Below are positions 14,230 to 27,167 of a stretch of 64,000 nt of DNA, piece after piece; within the stretch, counting starts at the first letter, position 1, and each line of letters begins with the position of its first letter. The position numbers and the translations under genes are program-made. The notes beneath the pieces are model-generated. The model saw only the letters and a list, made by a program, of their open reading frames with translations, had not been told where the DNA came from and made no database searches. Source of the DNA: Paraphysomonas bandaiensis (taxonomy: Eukaryota; Protista; Chrysophyceae); the NCBI GenBank assembly GCA_965644295.1, contig CBFFRP010000090.1, forward strand, positions 1 through 64,000, given 5' to 3'.

Positions 14230-14410
14230 AGTTAAATGCTGTAGTGATTAGCAGTATTATGAGAATTAATGTTATGATAGTAGCCATAGCAGTGAAACTG
14301 CAATATATTTTGACCGTATAAGTGTGTAAGATCGTGATATATCTAGAATCGAATGAAAATTATTGATAGTTGCTATATAACATGAATTTGACAACGAATG
14401 ATAAGTGATA
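14230..14410 (+). mobile_element. Degenerate LTR-like relic similar to 7960-8070
   Basis: TATGATAGTAGCCATAGCAGTGAAACTGCAATATATTTTGACCGTATAAG aligns by eye with TATGATAGTTAGTGTAGTAATGAAACTGAAATATATTGACTGTACAAG, and both are followed by TAAGATCGT. Confidence 0.45.
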
Positions 14411-14506
14411 GTCACCATTCTTCTACTAATTTATAATTAAAGCATTGAGTGCGTATGTAGTACATTCAGTTAATTAAGTCCTAACGTCCTAACTCTTTAG
14501 TCTTTA

Positions 14507-15347
14507 CAAGGGCTGCGTATCGATTTATCATTGTCAATTGATGCAGGTTGTAGTCAATTACAATTGGAATTATTACTTGCTGTCTGAATTTCAATTATTG
14601 CAATATATTGCAACTAATTGCAAAAAAAACGAAGGGAGTATTATTTAGTACTAAAATACACTAGCTGTTAGCCGCCAATATAGCTACATCAACTGTCATT
14701 CCGGAGGCGATAATTCATGCGTAAAAACATGTTAATTCACAGCGCTTCAATGTCGAGAATTCAAGCACTTACACAAACCCGTCTTAACGATCTTAGCTCT
14801 ACTAAACAGCCTTTCAACCTTATTAGTTGTGAAATCGTCAAACAGTATACAAACTTCGTGGAGGTAAATCTCGTGTTCACCTTATTTCGGTAATTGTAAG
14901 GACAATTCCAATTCCTCCCGTAATTACACGAGCTTGGCATGCACCTTTTTACTTGATACTAGACTTAACATATCGGAACCAAACTTGCATGATCACAAAT
15001 GATCAGATAGAAGCAAGTAATTGTCAATCATGGAAAATGTGGAGCCCCTATTCCAACAGGACAAGTTATTGCACCGTCTTCGTTATTTATTTATTTTCTC
15101 AATGACTTCTGGTGTCACTTCTCACTCTTATCGCTAATGAATTAAATTAATTACTAAGTGAGACCTTACGAGTATTATAGTCTTTTACAACTTTGATTTT
15201 TATCCTAAAAATTAGATATTTTTAAACAACTTTTTATCATAAAAAGGTGGTATTTTTATATCAATTAATTGCAATTAAGTGACAATTAATTGAAGCGATC
15301 TGGAGTCAATTATAATTGCAATTATGATTTGATGTCAATATGTCCTG
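14507..15347. mobile_element. Possible degenerate non-autonomous DNA transposon with CAATT-rich subterminal repeats
   Basis: GTCAATTA(C/T)AATTG(G/C)AATTAT at 14553 and 15305; 14590-14630 resembles the reverse complement of 15255-15295. Termini are poorly defined. Confidence 0.35.
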
Positions 15348-15887
15348 CTCGTTATCATCCTCCATCCTAGCTTATATCTACGTCAGTAGGCTATTTAAAT
15401 GCTATCTTCTGAGTAATGCCGTTCAACAGGTTACTGGCTGCATATTCGGGTTATCTTGCGAACATTATTCATTATCTTGCGAACAATTCGTACTGGGCTT
15501 CCCTTCGAAACTACTCTACTACCCTAGTTATTAAATCACTGGCTAATTACTCATTTTCAGGATCATCACACTGGACTATATTCTTCTCCCTGAAGAATTG
15601 ATCTTTTATATATATTATCACTGTGTAACTTGTAACTCTTACGTGTCGCGTACCTCTGTATATTTTCAAGCAAAAACACTTTTGGCAAACATATACTATG
15701 GGAAGACATAAAAGGTACTGCTTATTATAGACCTCATACGCACTCTCAATGAAGGGCCATACAGCAAGACAGTGACATTAGTAATTTTTACTATGAGAAG
15801 AACGAGCAAATGCTTACCAAGAACATACACGATGACAGATTGGCAACGTCATGCGTCGCGATCACACAAGATTTCTCACATGATAAA

Positions 15888-18800
15888 TTAATCCGACTTT
15901 TCTCGATAAGAGTCTTCTGATTGCTGAATCATACCGAGTAGTTTTTTTCTAATTCCCTCTTGAATCATCTCCGTCAAAATCTCATCGCTTTCTGGCTCGA
16001 TTTGAATGCACCCACCTGTTTCAGCTGACAATCCCGAAATATCTCCATATCTAGAAGATGCCTTTGTTCTCTCGGCACTGTCCCGTGCTTGTATCTTTCC
16101 GTAATCTTCGTACGAAGAGCGAAATGCCTGTTCTGATGGTAAATGCTCTCCGCGACCGGAATGGAAATGGGACGAATGCGACTGAGAGATATCGCGAGAC
16201 ATATCGCGGGAGGAGTTCAAGACAACCATGGACTCAGACATACTTGTGGACAGGGTGCGCAACTGTGATGAGACTGCGCGTAAGTCTGCTGATACAGTGT
16301 CGACCACTTTAGAAAGCTCCGTCATCATTCCGTACCCAATCTCTTCTATGATCTTCTCGGGGCTCCGGGTATATGATCGAGCCTCAGACTGTCCACGACG
16401 TACACTACGAGTACGATTCTGGCGTGAGTCAGTGTGATTTCGACGGCTCGAGGCTCCTTTCCTGGAGACTGCTCGCCTTTCCTCCGATCGATGGTTGCTC
16501 GTACGCCGAATAACTGGTTGCCTAGGGGTGAACCGCTTTCTCGGGGGAGGTGACCGTGATACTCGAGGTTGCGTCCGTGCTTTGACCGTTCGCTTGTTCT
16601 GCATTCCCTGTGGTTTTCGGTACCTTTCTTCTTGTAGTTGCAGTGCCACATGATCCACATCGGAGTGAAACCATCGCGACTTCGAGGGCTCAAAAATTTC
16701 TGATACACTGCGACGGTAAGACTTGAAATTTTCAGTAGGCTGCATATATCCTCTTCGACTACCCCGGTCCATGCTTCGAGTGATAAGTTTCTTATCACGA
16801 GAGGAGTGCCACCCATCTGCTGAACGCGACCGGACATGTGAGGCACGTGTGCGGGGTCGATCTGCACTTCGAGAGCGCCGATCTATTTTTGGTTCATCAT
16901 ACGGGCCCGTGTAACGCACACCGCGAGTGGGAATATCGTAGGATGATCGTACCCGCTCGCTCATACGACTGGGTGGACGCCCATGATTAGATTGCTGGGT
17001 GCTCTCCATATGACTCGAATGGGACGAGTTTCGAGGACGAATTCCAACCCGTGAAGGTGGCCTATCGAGTCATACAATTACATACAGGCCGCAAATACAA
17101 CAATAAGCAAATAAGTGACAGCTGACCTATTGTCGATTCCGCTCATTGAGTGGGTGGGCGACACACCCTCAAACCCAAAGTCCTGAAGATAGTCTGTCGA
17201 AACACCAGGTGGATGACGACGGTCCGTATTACCTTCGCTCAGGTACATATCCACAACCGCATCCGTAGTTGGAAGGGTGTTTTCCCCATCGAACCACTCT
17301 TCTTGGCCATTCAGGACAGCGGATTCCTCTGCTGCAGGTTGCAAGAGGTCACCTGGTGTATCAGAAGAGTTTATACTTAGCATATCCTGAGTAGTAGAAG
17401 AGACGGGCAAACGGTCATTAGTGGACTTGTCGCCACCCGGTACATCCTTTAAACCAGAAGTGTGGACGTGCCCATTCATTTCTTTATATTCTAGCTTTCT
17501 CATAGACGATGGAAGACTGGTATCTTCAGAAAAAAATCAGCTAAAAATGTCAAGGGCATGTACTAAAGACACCTTTTTGGGCACTCAGCCAGCGAATGAT
17601 AATGGCCACAGCATCTGGATGCATCGACTCCAGAGCAGAGCTCTTTTCATTTGCAATGGCTACCTCCCGCAGCATCTCCATTGCACGTGTCTCACACCCT
17701 GGGTTACCCCTCAAAGGAAGAGCGAGGAGGGCACACTGTTGTTCTCCAGGGCGCATTAACTCAAACAGTAGTTGATGAACACCACGTTGGTCTATTTTGT
17801 TGTAGGAAAGATTAAGGCCTAGTATTTAAAAAAGACGCAGTTAGATAGTGTTTAATATATGTAATGTGTAGCTATACCTTGAATCCATTGGTTCTGGCGC
17901 ATTACATTGCATAGCATTGAGGCTCCACGTGAAGTCAGCACATTTCTAGATAAATTAATGGTGGCCAGCCCACATGTAGGAGAATCGACATCCTCTTCAG
18001 CGAATTGCGTCGCACGGGAAAAGGCGGGAGCTAATGCCTGCACTTCATCCGGATAAACCCGCAGTGTTGAATTCCAGAACAATTTGTCTTGCATGGCTTC
18101 CTGAGACTGTGACACATCAAACAAGGCATATTGTTACACAAGAGTCTTTAGTTCTATACCTTTATGATGCTGGTTATAAATGGCACGCTGCTGTCAGTGA
18201 GTTCACATTTTTCCAGCGACAGACATTGGATGTGGCACTTCGATATATGTGGTGTCAGTAGGCGTAAGCCTTCATCACCCATAGGGATATTTTTGAAACT
18301 CAAATTCCGAATTCCTGAATTGTCACACATTACGCATATACTTAATATATAGCAGTGACACTAGTGAATTAAATGTGTTGAATATCACAATTTAAAGATG
18401 CCAATTGTACCTGACTGATGATGAGTAATTGCGCTTCCTAATTGTGTAATAAGCTGCGGACTGATATAAACACTATCTATTTCAAGGGATTGCAAAGCTC
18501 GACTGCGAGATACGAATTCAATAACAGCTTTGAGAAGTCGAGAACCTTCCATATTTAGGCCAGAGTAGGACCCACCCTTAGTAAGGGCAATACGCTTTGC
18601 GCGTTTAGTAGTTGCACTGGTTTTATTTAAAACAAGAGTATCCAAAGAATACAATGCCTGCATTGACCACAATTATAAAGTATGCACGCAGCCATAGTGG
18701 TAACAAACACCTGTTTACTGGACAAAAATCTGCATATAGGGGAGAATTCATGCGCGTGAATATCTAGATCAGACAGCACGAGGGCTCTGTTACTGAGGGG

Positions 18801-18931
18801 CTCAAGCATCCTCTCGGGTGCATTCTTGGGTATACTCGAGAGCCTATTAAGAGTTAGTCGTAACGGTCAGGGTATACAGACACATACATATAGCACTTCG
18901 TTAAGTACTCTCGTAATCCACAGTCACCCAT
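15888..18931 (-). CDS. CEP78: CEP78-like centrosomal LRR protein with a long Ser/Arg-rich C-terminus and a coiled coil
   Basis: N-terminal LRRs (LSFKNIPMGDEGLRLL; LEKCELTD), then QEAMQDKLFWNSTLR...GLATINLSRNVLTSRGA...QNQWIQGLNLSYNKI...LRGNP, which follows the CEP78 pattern; multiple short introns. Confidence 0.7.
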
Positions 18932-20633
18932 CAGACTCTCTGTTAGTGTATTGTATGGACCGGTTGATGATGTTATATAATATAATTATATAAATAAACA
19001 GACTTAAAACACAGCACACAAATCGCTCATTCAATAGAGACAACACAGATACATCAAGAGATATTCACCGTCCTCAGATTAGGTTAAAGACGGGTATATA
19101 GGGCTGCGTAGCATATATATGACTTGCATGTATGCGTATGTCACAGTGAATGAAGGAGGAGCTGTTCAAGATAGCGGGACGGGAGTGTATGTACAGTGTA
19201 TATATTGACGGATATACATACCATTCCGTACACCGGTGGAGGAGTAGCAGTTGAGATGAGTGTGGTGTGGTGTGGTGTGGATAGAAGGAGCTCAAGGTAC
19301 CGATCATTTTCATTGGTGGTTGATCTGTATTTGCAGTATTCTATGTTCTGTACGGATATCTCCTGCATATCTTGGATATACCGTACTGCTCTACCATGTA
19401 CTGCTGTACCAGGTCTATGTGTATCTATTGTGTGGTAGATGTTGGGCCTATCTCTCAATATTGGCCCATACTGATGTAGCTGCGTATCTTATTTTTCGGG
19501 AATAAATTGAAACAAATACTCTTTATACTACTGCAATACAACTACGGCTAGAATACACATAATTATTGTCTCAATAGTAGAGGCATATTTGAACAAAAAT
19601 ATACGTGTATCATATCTAGATATCTTAGAGACAAAACGAGGAAATATATTCAGGATTAGAATATCTCACACACGCCGTACACGAGAAGAAGTATTTTATG
19701 CTCATGAAAGGCTGAGGTTGTCTTAGCAATGAAATTTAGAGTGTTACTAGCAGTCTTATCTAAATTACGAGTCATCTTGTAGTCAGCACAGAGTATAAAC
19801 GCTTCTCAATCAAATAGAAAGAATACATTACAAAATTGCACTTAACTTTATCATATTTCATATCGTTACAGAGGAAGTGCAGGTGTTACATGGACTCATA
19901 TTATATGGCACTGCTGTGTTAGATTCAAATTTGTTTGACTCATATACTGCCCGATTTTCATAGCATATTACTCCAGAGTATATTTCAATAGTACAGTTTA
20001 CTGTTGCTTTCATTAACATTAAGAACTACAGCTTTAATTAATATAAATATCTTATAACTCTTTGCTATGTTTTTTCTGTTCTTGGCAATTTCTTTTTTTA
20101 AATGTTGCACTGCAAGAAATAGGTGTTACTAAATATTAAGTGTACCTGTTTACGAGCGTTAATAGGAGATGGTGTTATAAATGTCTCTTGCAATGACAGT
20201 ATAGTTTCACCTATTTTCTGTAAATAGTGATTATTTCTGATTCAGCTCATAAAACCATGTACTTAGTAGTTGTAACTATTAATAAAATTATGTACATTGC
20301 ATATTGCTAACGTAAAGGAAAGAATTCATTATGTACCTGAATAGTCTTCTTGTATCTGATAAATTATTATGCTTTTAAAAAGAAATATTTGCTACAGTAT
20401 GGTTATTCCAAGTTTTGGGTACTACACTATTCGAGATAGAAAACACTCAATTATCACGTGGGTAAACTAAAACCGTTGAATCCAATCAAGTATACTCGGT
20501 GCTACAACGCATACTCAGTACTATTTCGGGCATATTATGCACTTTTTTAATTTTTTTCGCCGCCCTTACTTCTATTGCGCGAGCACATAGTGCAGACATT
20601 GGTAAATAAATCACGTACTTTTTTGTTAACTTC

Positions 20634-21569
20634 TCAATGGGCATTTTTGCATCTGTCGCCGAACATGCACGAGCCAGACAAGAAGTACATGCAGGGTTTC
20701 TGTTTAGCACTTGCAGCATGAGGAGTGACCCCACCGGCATTTTCAAATCCAGAGTGGCCAGTTCCTCCCGCACACGAGCAGCTAGTTAGCCCACCAGTAC
20801 AGCATTTACAGCCATGCTTGAAACCGTTACAGCAAGTACATTCGCGGCATTCCGGAAACCAAAATTCGGCTGCTTTAGAAGAGAGAACACCACCATGAGA
20901 AGGCATTGCTCCCGATGGAAGATAAGCCTTAGAGGTAGTTTCAGAAGAGAAAGATCCTGGGGTGGAGGCGGCTCGCTCTAGAGAGGTATGGGGAACTTGT
21001 ATCGACGCGTCAGACTCCGAAATAGCGTGTTCCATCTGCGGGGGAGGCGGAGGATTTTCGTTGCCACCAGATGCTGAAGTAGCACATGAACAGCTAGTTA
21101 GCCCACCAGTACAGCATTTACAGCCATGCTTGAAACCGTTACAGCAAGTGCACTCGCGGCATTCCGGAAACCAAAATTCGGCTGCTTTAGAAGAGAGAAC
21201 ACCGCCGTGAGAAGGCATTGCTCCCGATGGAAGATAAGATTTAGAGGTAGTTTCAGAAGAGAAAGATCCTGGGGTGGAGGCGGCTCGGTCTAGAGAGGTA
21301 TGGGGAACTTGTATCGACGCGTCAGACTCCGAAATAGCGTGTTCCATCTGCGGGGGGGGCGGAGGATGTACGCTGCCTCCAGCTGACGAAGGAGCGTATC
21401 CTCCATCCTGATATTGCGGGTAACCATAGTACATAGCGGTGTACTCCTCATCGGTCATATACTGGGGCTGCTGTCCGTATCCATATTGCTGCATGCTGGG
21501 ATCAAATCCATAGTCGCCAGATCCATCTTCACCGTAGCCATTGTATCCCTGATTATTGTAATTGTTCAT
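20634..21569 (-). CDS. Intronless protein with a Q/Y/G-rich N-terminus, a duplicated Cys-rich module and a C-terminal CCCH zinc finger
   Basis: 311-aa ORF ending KPCMYFLSGSCMFGDRCKNAH (C-x7-C-x5-C-x3-H); 104-aa internal repeat. Confidence 0.85.
   Translation of the reverse strand: MNNYNNQGYNGYGEDGSGDYGFDPSMQQYGYGQQPQYMTDEEYTAMYYGYPQYQDGGYAPSSAGGSVHPPPPPQMEHAISESDASIQVPHTSLDRAASTPGSFSSETTSKSYLPSGAMPSHGGVLSSKAAEFWFPECRECTCCNGFKHGCKCCTGGLTSCSCATSASGGNENPPPPPQMEHAISESDASIQVPHTSLERAASTPGSFSSETTSKAYLPSGAMPSHGGVLSSKAAEFWFPECRECTCCNGFKHGCKCCTGGLTSCSCAGGTGHSGFENAGGVTPHAASAKQKPCMYFLSGSCMFGDRCKNAH
20770..21367. repeat. Intragenic tandem duplication (286-bp copies, 312-bp period)
   Basis: 20770-21055 and 21082-21367 are nearly identical and in frame. 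Confidence 0.95.
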
Positions 21570-22044
21570 TTGAGTGGGTGTGGTGTGGGGTAACTACGTT
21601 AACTATGCAGTATCTTTTCTGGTGTGCGTCATGTGTCATAGTTGTATATCATCTCCACATATACACGGTACACTTGTATACACACTGCACCTCCAGCGAC
21701 CTCCTGTGTCGCGGAGTATACAGACTGTAGACAGTGTCATGTGGATAACAACAGGGGCACATCCAGACATGGTCGTATGATCGTACCTCTGTGTACCTTT
21801 TACCGTATGCAGAGCAGCAGGACGATGTTTGTGTATTCTGAGAATACAGAGTATTTCTATCTCCTATGACATAATGCAGTACAAGGCCGCAAGCCCATAT
21901 ATACATACATACATACATGCATAGCATAAGATATAGAACTACCAGACATATCTCAGTGAATATAGAGTTGAAACCATACTGTTTGAGTTCAAATGTCTGA
22001 GATACTGCTCTGTATGTAACATATATGCATTATAAGGTGGGCTG

Positions 22045-22720
22045 TTGCAGGCTCTTCCCACTCGTATGAACCTAACCACACATAAGGCGAAGAAGGTCGC
22101 CGCTGAGAAGGGATACGATCTTCTTAAAGGAAACGCTGAAGATTTGAAAGTGGGCATAGCGGACCAGCCATCTGCTGCATTTTCAGTCTCACACAGGCAG
22201 ATAGTGCTGCCGGATATTTTAGAAGTAAGGTGCTAGAGAACCAAATGAGCCCATCGGTCCGTGATTCGGCGAGGAAGACAATGTTACCGGTCTTTTATCA
22301 TATGAACTGAAGAGGAGAACTTGGGGATTGCAGGTGGTGGACGCCAGATCAACAATTGCAAGGAAAATTTACAGAGTACTTAAATGTCCTGATTAAGCTG
22401 GCATCCTTACACACTTCTTTTATTACAATGGATGACGCATTGAAAGTCACTAATAGGTGAGTCAACGCCCTAGAAAATGTCACTATTCCCAAGATCGATG
22501 CGATACTGGGTTATATTGCAAAAGAATTGGATGAGTTGGAGAGAGAAGACTTCACACGTCTGAAGAAGGTGCAAGGGAAGAAGGAAGAGAAGAAAAAGCA
22601 AGACGAGATTGAGAAGGCTCCCCGTATGGTCTCGATTTCTGACGGCACTGAGGACTCGACTAGTTGTGCACTAATGTAATGTCAGGCTTCGATGCGGATG
22701 ATGATGGTGATGTAGCTTAT
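22045..22720 (+). pseudogene. V-type ATPase subunit D pseudogene
   Basis: LPTRMNL..KAKKVAAEKGYDLLK, LGIAGGGRQI, and LIKLASLHTSFITMDDALKVTNR*VNALENVTIPKI...ELDELEREDFTRLKKVQGKK; premature TGA at 22458-22460, frameshifts and an internal deletion. Confidence 0.88.
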
Positions 22721-23679
22721 GTCCTGTGTATTTAGATGCGCAGTATTCAAGACCCAAAGAAGCATTTGTGACCTCTGTCTGCGAATGATTATTTCCAGAT
22801 CTATTTAGTTTCTGTTTACAAGAATTGATTAATAATACTTTACGTACTCATCACTCAAGTGAGCGTTTTTTTTGGACTGTACAACTCTATCAGAATTTGG
22901 CATAGGATGGTAAAAAACTTCAGTTACTGAACTTAGATTAAGTTGTGAAAGATTTCGTATTGGTTTCCCTCAAGATATATAATTTAGTTCATAACATCTT
23001 AGTTATATTATAGTTTCTCCTTGTATTCCTAACAAACTTCTTCCTTGCTTTACACGATCTTCACTATTTTTTTGGGGTGATATTATTCTACTATTAGGAT
23101 TCAGCTTAATACATGATTGTATCTGTGAGTTATAATGTTCAATGAAATAACCATGAACTGAATAAGAGAGAGTATCTGTCGAAGATACGTGATCGTCATC
23201 ATAACGTCGTCATTATCAGTTACACTTCTAACTATTCCGTTGTGCATGATAGTACGTTCTATATTGTTATTCATAATTTTCACTCTATCGTGTTCATTAC
23301 TTACACTCTAATAATCACAACATTGTTTTACTATTATAAAGATCAATTCTTTATTTCTACCTAGTCAATTTGGTTGACAAACCTTGTCTTTAGCACTTTA
23401 GCACTAGAAAGTTGTTATGAAAGAGCATTTTATTCTGAGAAAATTCAACTTTACGATAAAACTCGAAGATTGATAGAAGTCATAAAAATATATTAGATTT
23501 ATCTTACATATAACATTTCATTTAATTGATCAGTGATATGAGCATTAAATTGATACCAGAAATCACTGCTCGAGTGTTCTTCGAGAAAATAAAATATCGA
23601 AGATGTTGCATTAGAGACTTGTTGGTATTTTCTACAGGTTTTGGTATTACCCTAACTTAATGCCGGAGTGTCCTGTAGG

Positions 23680-23825
23680 TCTGGGTGATAAATACAAGCA
23701 TTTGGCTATGAGTGGTGGGCAGGACGCTATCTACAGACTACATATTATGAGGCTCACATTAGTTTCTGGAGAAATATCTCCGCACTTATCCCCTAGAACA
23801 CCACGAAAAGGTATGAGTCCGGAAG
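23680..23825 (+). repeat. Dispersed repeat family A, copy 1 (diverged)
   Basis: ACAAGCATTTGGCTATGAGTGG...GGCTCAC..TAGTTTC.GGAGAAATATCTCC...AGAACACCACGAAAAGGT is shared with 63525-63640 and, inverted, with 42410-42530. Confidence 0.8.
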
Positions 23826-24386
23826 GCAGAAGATGTCAGGTAGCTATTCTATCAACATTGTGCTTTCTCACTGCGTTTGCTATATATTTTTCCCTATCCT
23901 TGGTTTGCTTTTTGAGTGATATATCGAAAGTGGTTATAACGTGGTGATTGCGGTGACATGCAAGCAGCTTTCGTAGCGCAAGGTAATAGGATATCAGAGT
24001 TAAACACTGATTCTTAAATACATATCGCTAAGATTACGACATTCACTACTTATTGTTAAATTTAGCACAGAATATGGTAAGGTGGTTACTTGTTATATCA
24101 TTTTATGACTTTTGTGTCTGTATTAAACCTCGGAGCACATGCATATTGTTGACTACCTGAATTAAATTTAATAATGTAGTATAACAATATACCAAACTTT
24201 ATTCACTAGTTAACTTCTATTTGTATATGCAAGTTAACTAATTCGAATACTTCGAGCCGTTGAAAACAATTTAAAACAATAAGCACCGACCACTACAATT
24301 TATGTTGCTATCATGACATGCTAGTCATGTATTTAATATTATTCTATCGTGTACACAGTGCTCATGAGTATGTTTGATTTGCCATG

Positions 24387-26485
24387 TTACTTTTCGAACA
24401 TCATTGTAATATCACTGGACTTCTTCAGTTGTTCGATCACCATCGATGGCTCACTCAAATGTTTCTGACTGTTCATGAGCACTGTATCATAAAAAGCTTT
24501 AAATTCATCAAAGTCAATAGTCCCTGTGTTCTTTGTGTCAATAGCATCAAAGAGATGCTGAACGTCTTCTGATGTTGACTCCAGCTGGCTGGCATCCATG
24601 TACAAAGCATTCGACTCATCAGCGACAATACAACTCAGGGCAAGCGCAAGTTCGTGGATGTTAATACTCCCGGTCCCATCGATATCGAACATGTTAAAGT
24701 AAAATCTATGCAAAAAGTTCAAGTAAGTTACAGTAATTAGTGACATAAAATATTCTGCATTGTGGTACTACTATCACATAAAACAAAACCGAGGTGCATT
24801 TGTACAAGCAATCACCTCACTGCAGAGTCCTTGTCGCTCTCCTCCTCTGTTTCTGCCTCCTTAAAAGCTACCATTGTCACGAGAAAATCCTTGAGATCAA
24901 TCGTCCCAGTCCGACCAATATCGAAGATTCTAAAGACCTGAGGAGTAGCAAGCTCTGGAAGGTTACACTCGAGCAAAATTGTTACAAAAGCTGGAAAGTC
25001 GATATTACTGTCTCCTTCGCTCTCATAATCAGAATCTTTAGCCGACATTGAGTTCACAACCATGGATTTGAGGGCTTTCATTTTATTTTCATAAGCTTCA
25101 TAGTCAAGAGCTATATTAGGGTCACACTCAATATTGTTAAGACTCAGTGCGCGTCGAGCCTCCAATAATACAGTCGGCACCTCTATACAGCTCATTGACT
25201 CCAGTTTCATAGGACTTGCAATGAGCTTCTTATCTGGGCCAAGAAATGGCAATGCACACTTCAGCTTTTCTTTACGGAGAACATTTCCCGCCACCAGATT
25301 CTTGTCAAGAAAAAATGTCTTCATCCTCTGGCGCAGAGCCAGAGTCTTGATGCGGGTGTAGTAGGCTTTGCCCATGTCGACGTCTGAGGCTTCGCCCTTG
25401 ATCCATGGATGTTCAAGCACCTCTGCTGCAGAATATCTCTTGGTGGGATCACGTTGAAGTAGTTTTGAAACCAAGTCTTTTGCGTTATCAGACACATTGG
25501 TCCATGCAACTCCGGTCATTGGAAAATATGTGCCCTCTATGGTCTGTTCCAGTTTATGTGGGCTAAATGCTGCATTGCCACTCAAAAGAGAATATAGTGT
25601 ACACCCAGCCTGCCAGAGGTCGCTTTTAGGTGAGTACTCATAAGTCAGCAGGGACTCCGGAGCAACATAGCCTCTAGTTCCCATTGTGCTGTCGGATTTG
25701 TATATATCAGTACCATCATTCATGCGAACCATCATGCCAACATCTATAATTTTCACAGGAGAGTCATCCTCAAGGGTTACAAGCATTAGATTCTCCAGTT
25801 TCAAATCGCTACATATAATATATAATATGTTAGCTTTCGAAATGGATATAAACTATACTTACCGATGCAAGAAGTGGCGCTTGTGTAATCCATTAAGAGC
25901 GATGACAATACCACGGAATATATTGGCAATGTACTTCTCTGAAACGGTTTTTCTCTCCTGGATTCTGTCGAACATATCACCTCCTAGGACAAGTCAGCTT
26001 CAAATCAAGTTAAGAAAGATGATACCTTCCAAAAGCTCCATGCATATTACCGGGTAACTGCTATGATCAATTTTATACTCAGCATAACCCGAACTAGAGT
26101 CCATAAATACACCATACAGTTGTACTATCCCTTCAATACCAGCCACTTTCGAGAGGATTTCGATCTCGCGATATATGTCTTCCACAATGACTTTAGTTTC
26201 ATTGTATCCGAAGAATTTCAATGCCACTTTACCACCATCTGACTTCTGTGTGGCAGAGTATACCACACCCATACCTCCTTCTGCTATATACTTATCGATT
26301 TTGTAATCATCAGCACGAAGCATCGATATGCTCTCGCCAACATGGGGTATCATTGTCTTCTCAGATAGAGAATCAGGAGCTTTATCCATCTCCTTCTTGG
26401 CCAATTTAGCTTTCATATGATGCCTGCGTCCGAAGCACCCCACACTGCTAAAATCATCGCCCAGTTTAGATGATGACTTTCCCAT
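24387..26485 (-). CDS. Calcium-dependent protein kinase (CDPK-like: kinase plus EF hands, N-myristoylation-type start)
   Basis: MGKSSS start, VALK, H|RDLKLEN, DVG, GTRGYVAPE and HPWI motifs; EF-hand loops DIGRTGTIDLKDF, DIDGTGSINIHEL and DTKNTGTIDFDEF; 4 exons. Confidence 0.9.
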
Positions 26486-27167
26486 TGCTAGTAAATCACG
26501 TCTTGATTAAATCGCTTCATTTGTACTCCAGATATGTCTCCGTATGCAATCAGTGTCAGTATCATTGTAATGGTATGAGTGGTATGCGATACTTAACAGT
26601 CAGTCGTACTGGACATACACATACAGCAATGTACACCTCCACAAAAATTTGTGTGGAGAGAGGCCAAATATTGAACACTTCACTTCAATCGCTCTTTTCT
26701 GCATTCATCCAATAAAATAATAGAATTTTCTTATTCGGACCACAGAGTGTTAGCGAATACTTATATATGTAAGTGAAGGAAATGTCGGTAGTATGTACCG
26801 TATCCCGTGTGTATAGGGATATACCGTGTATTCCGGATGGTTAACTGCCTATTGTACACTCTGTACATGAGAGAAGATAATACAACATCGGAGAGGAGTA
26901 TTACATATGTATACCGGTATACGAGTGACATGTATACCTCATGTACTGTTGTATAATATAGCTATACCACATACATATATATACTATACCACACATCAGT
27001 CACTTCTCTTGCAGTGACTTCGATATTCTATTGCACTCACTTCACTTCTAGTTGAGGGGCTCCTCATCTATTGGACAGCAACCCTCATACAGTAGCAGTA
27101 GCAGTAGCAGTGGCAGTGGAGTGCAGTATCGTATAGTTATTTCTCCATATTTAGTTATTGTCATTCT

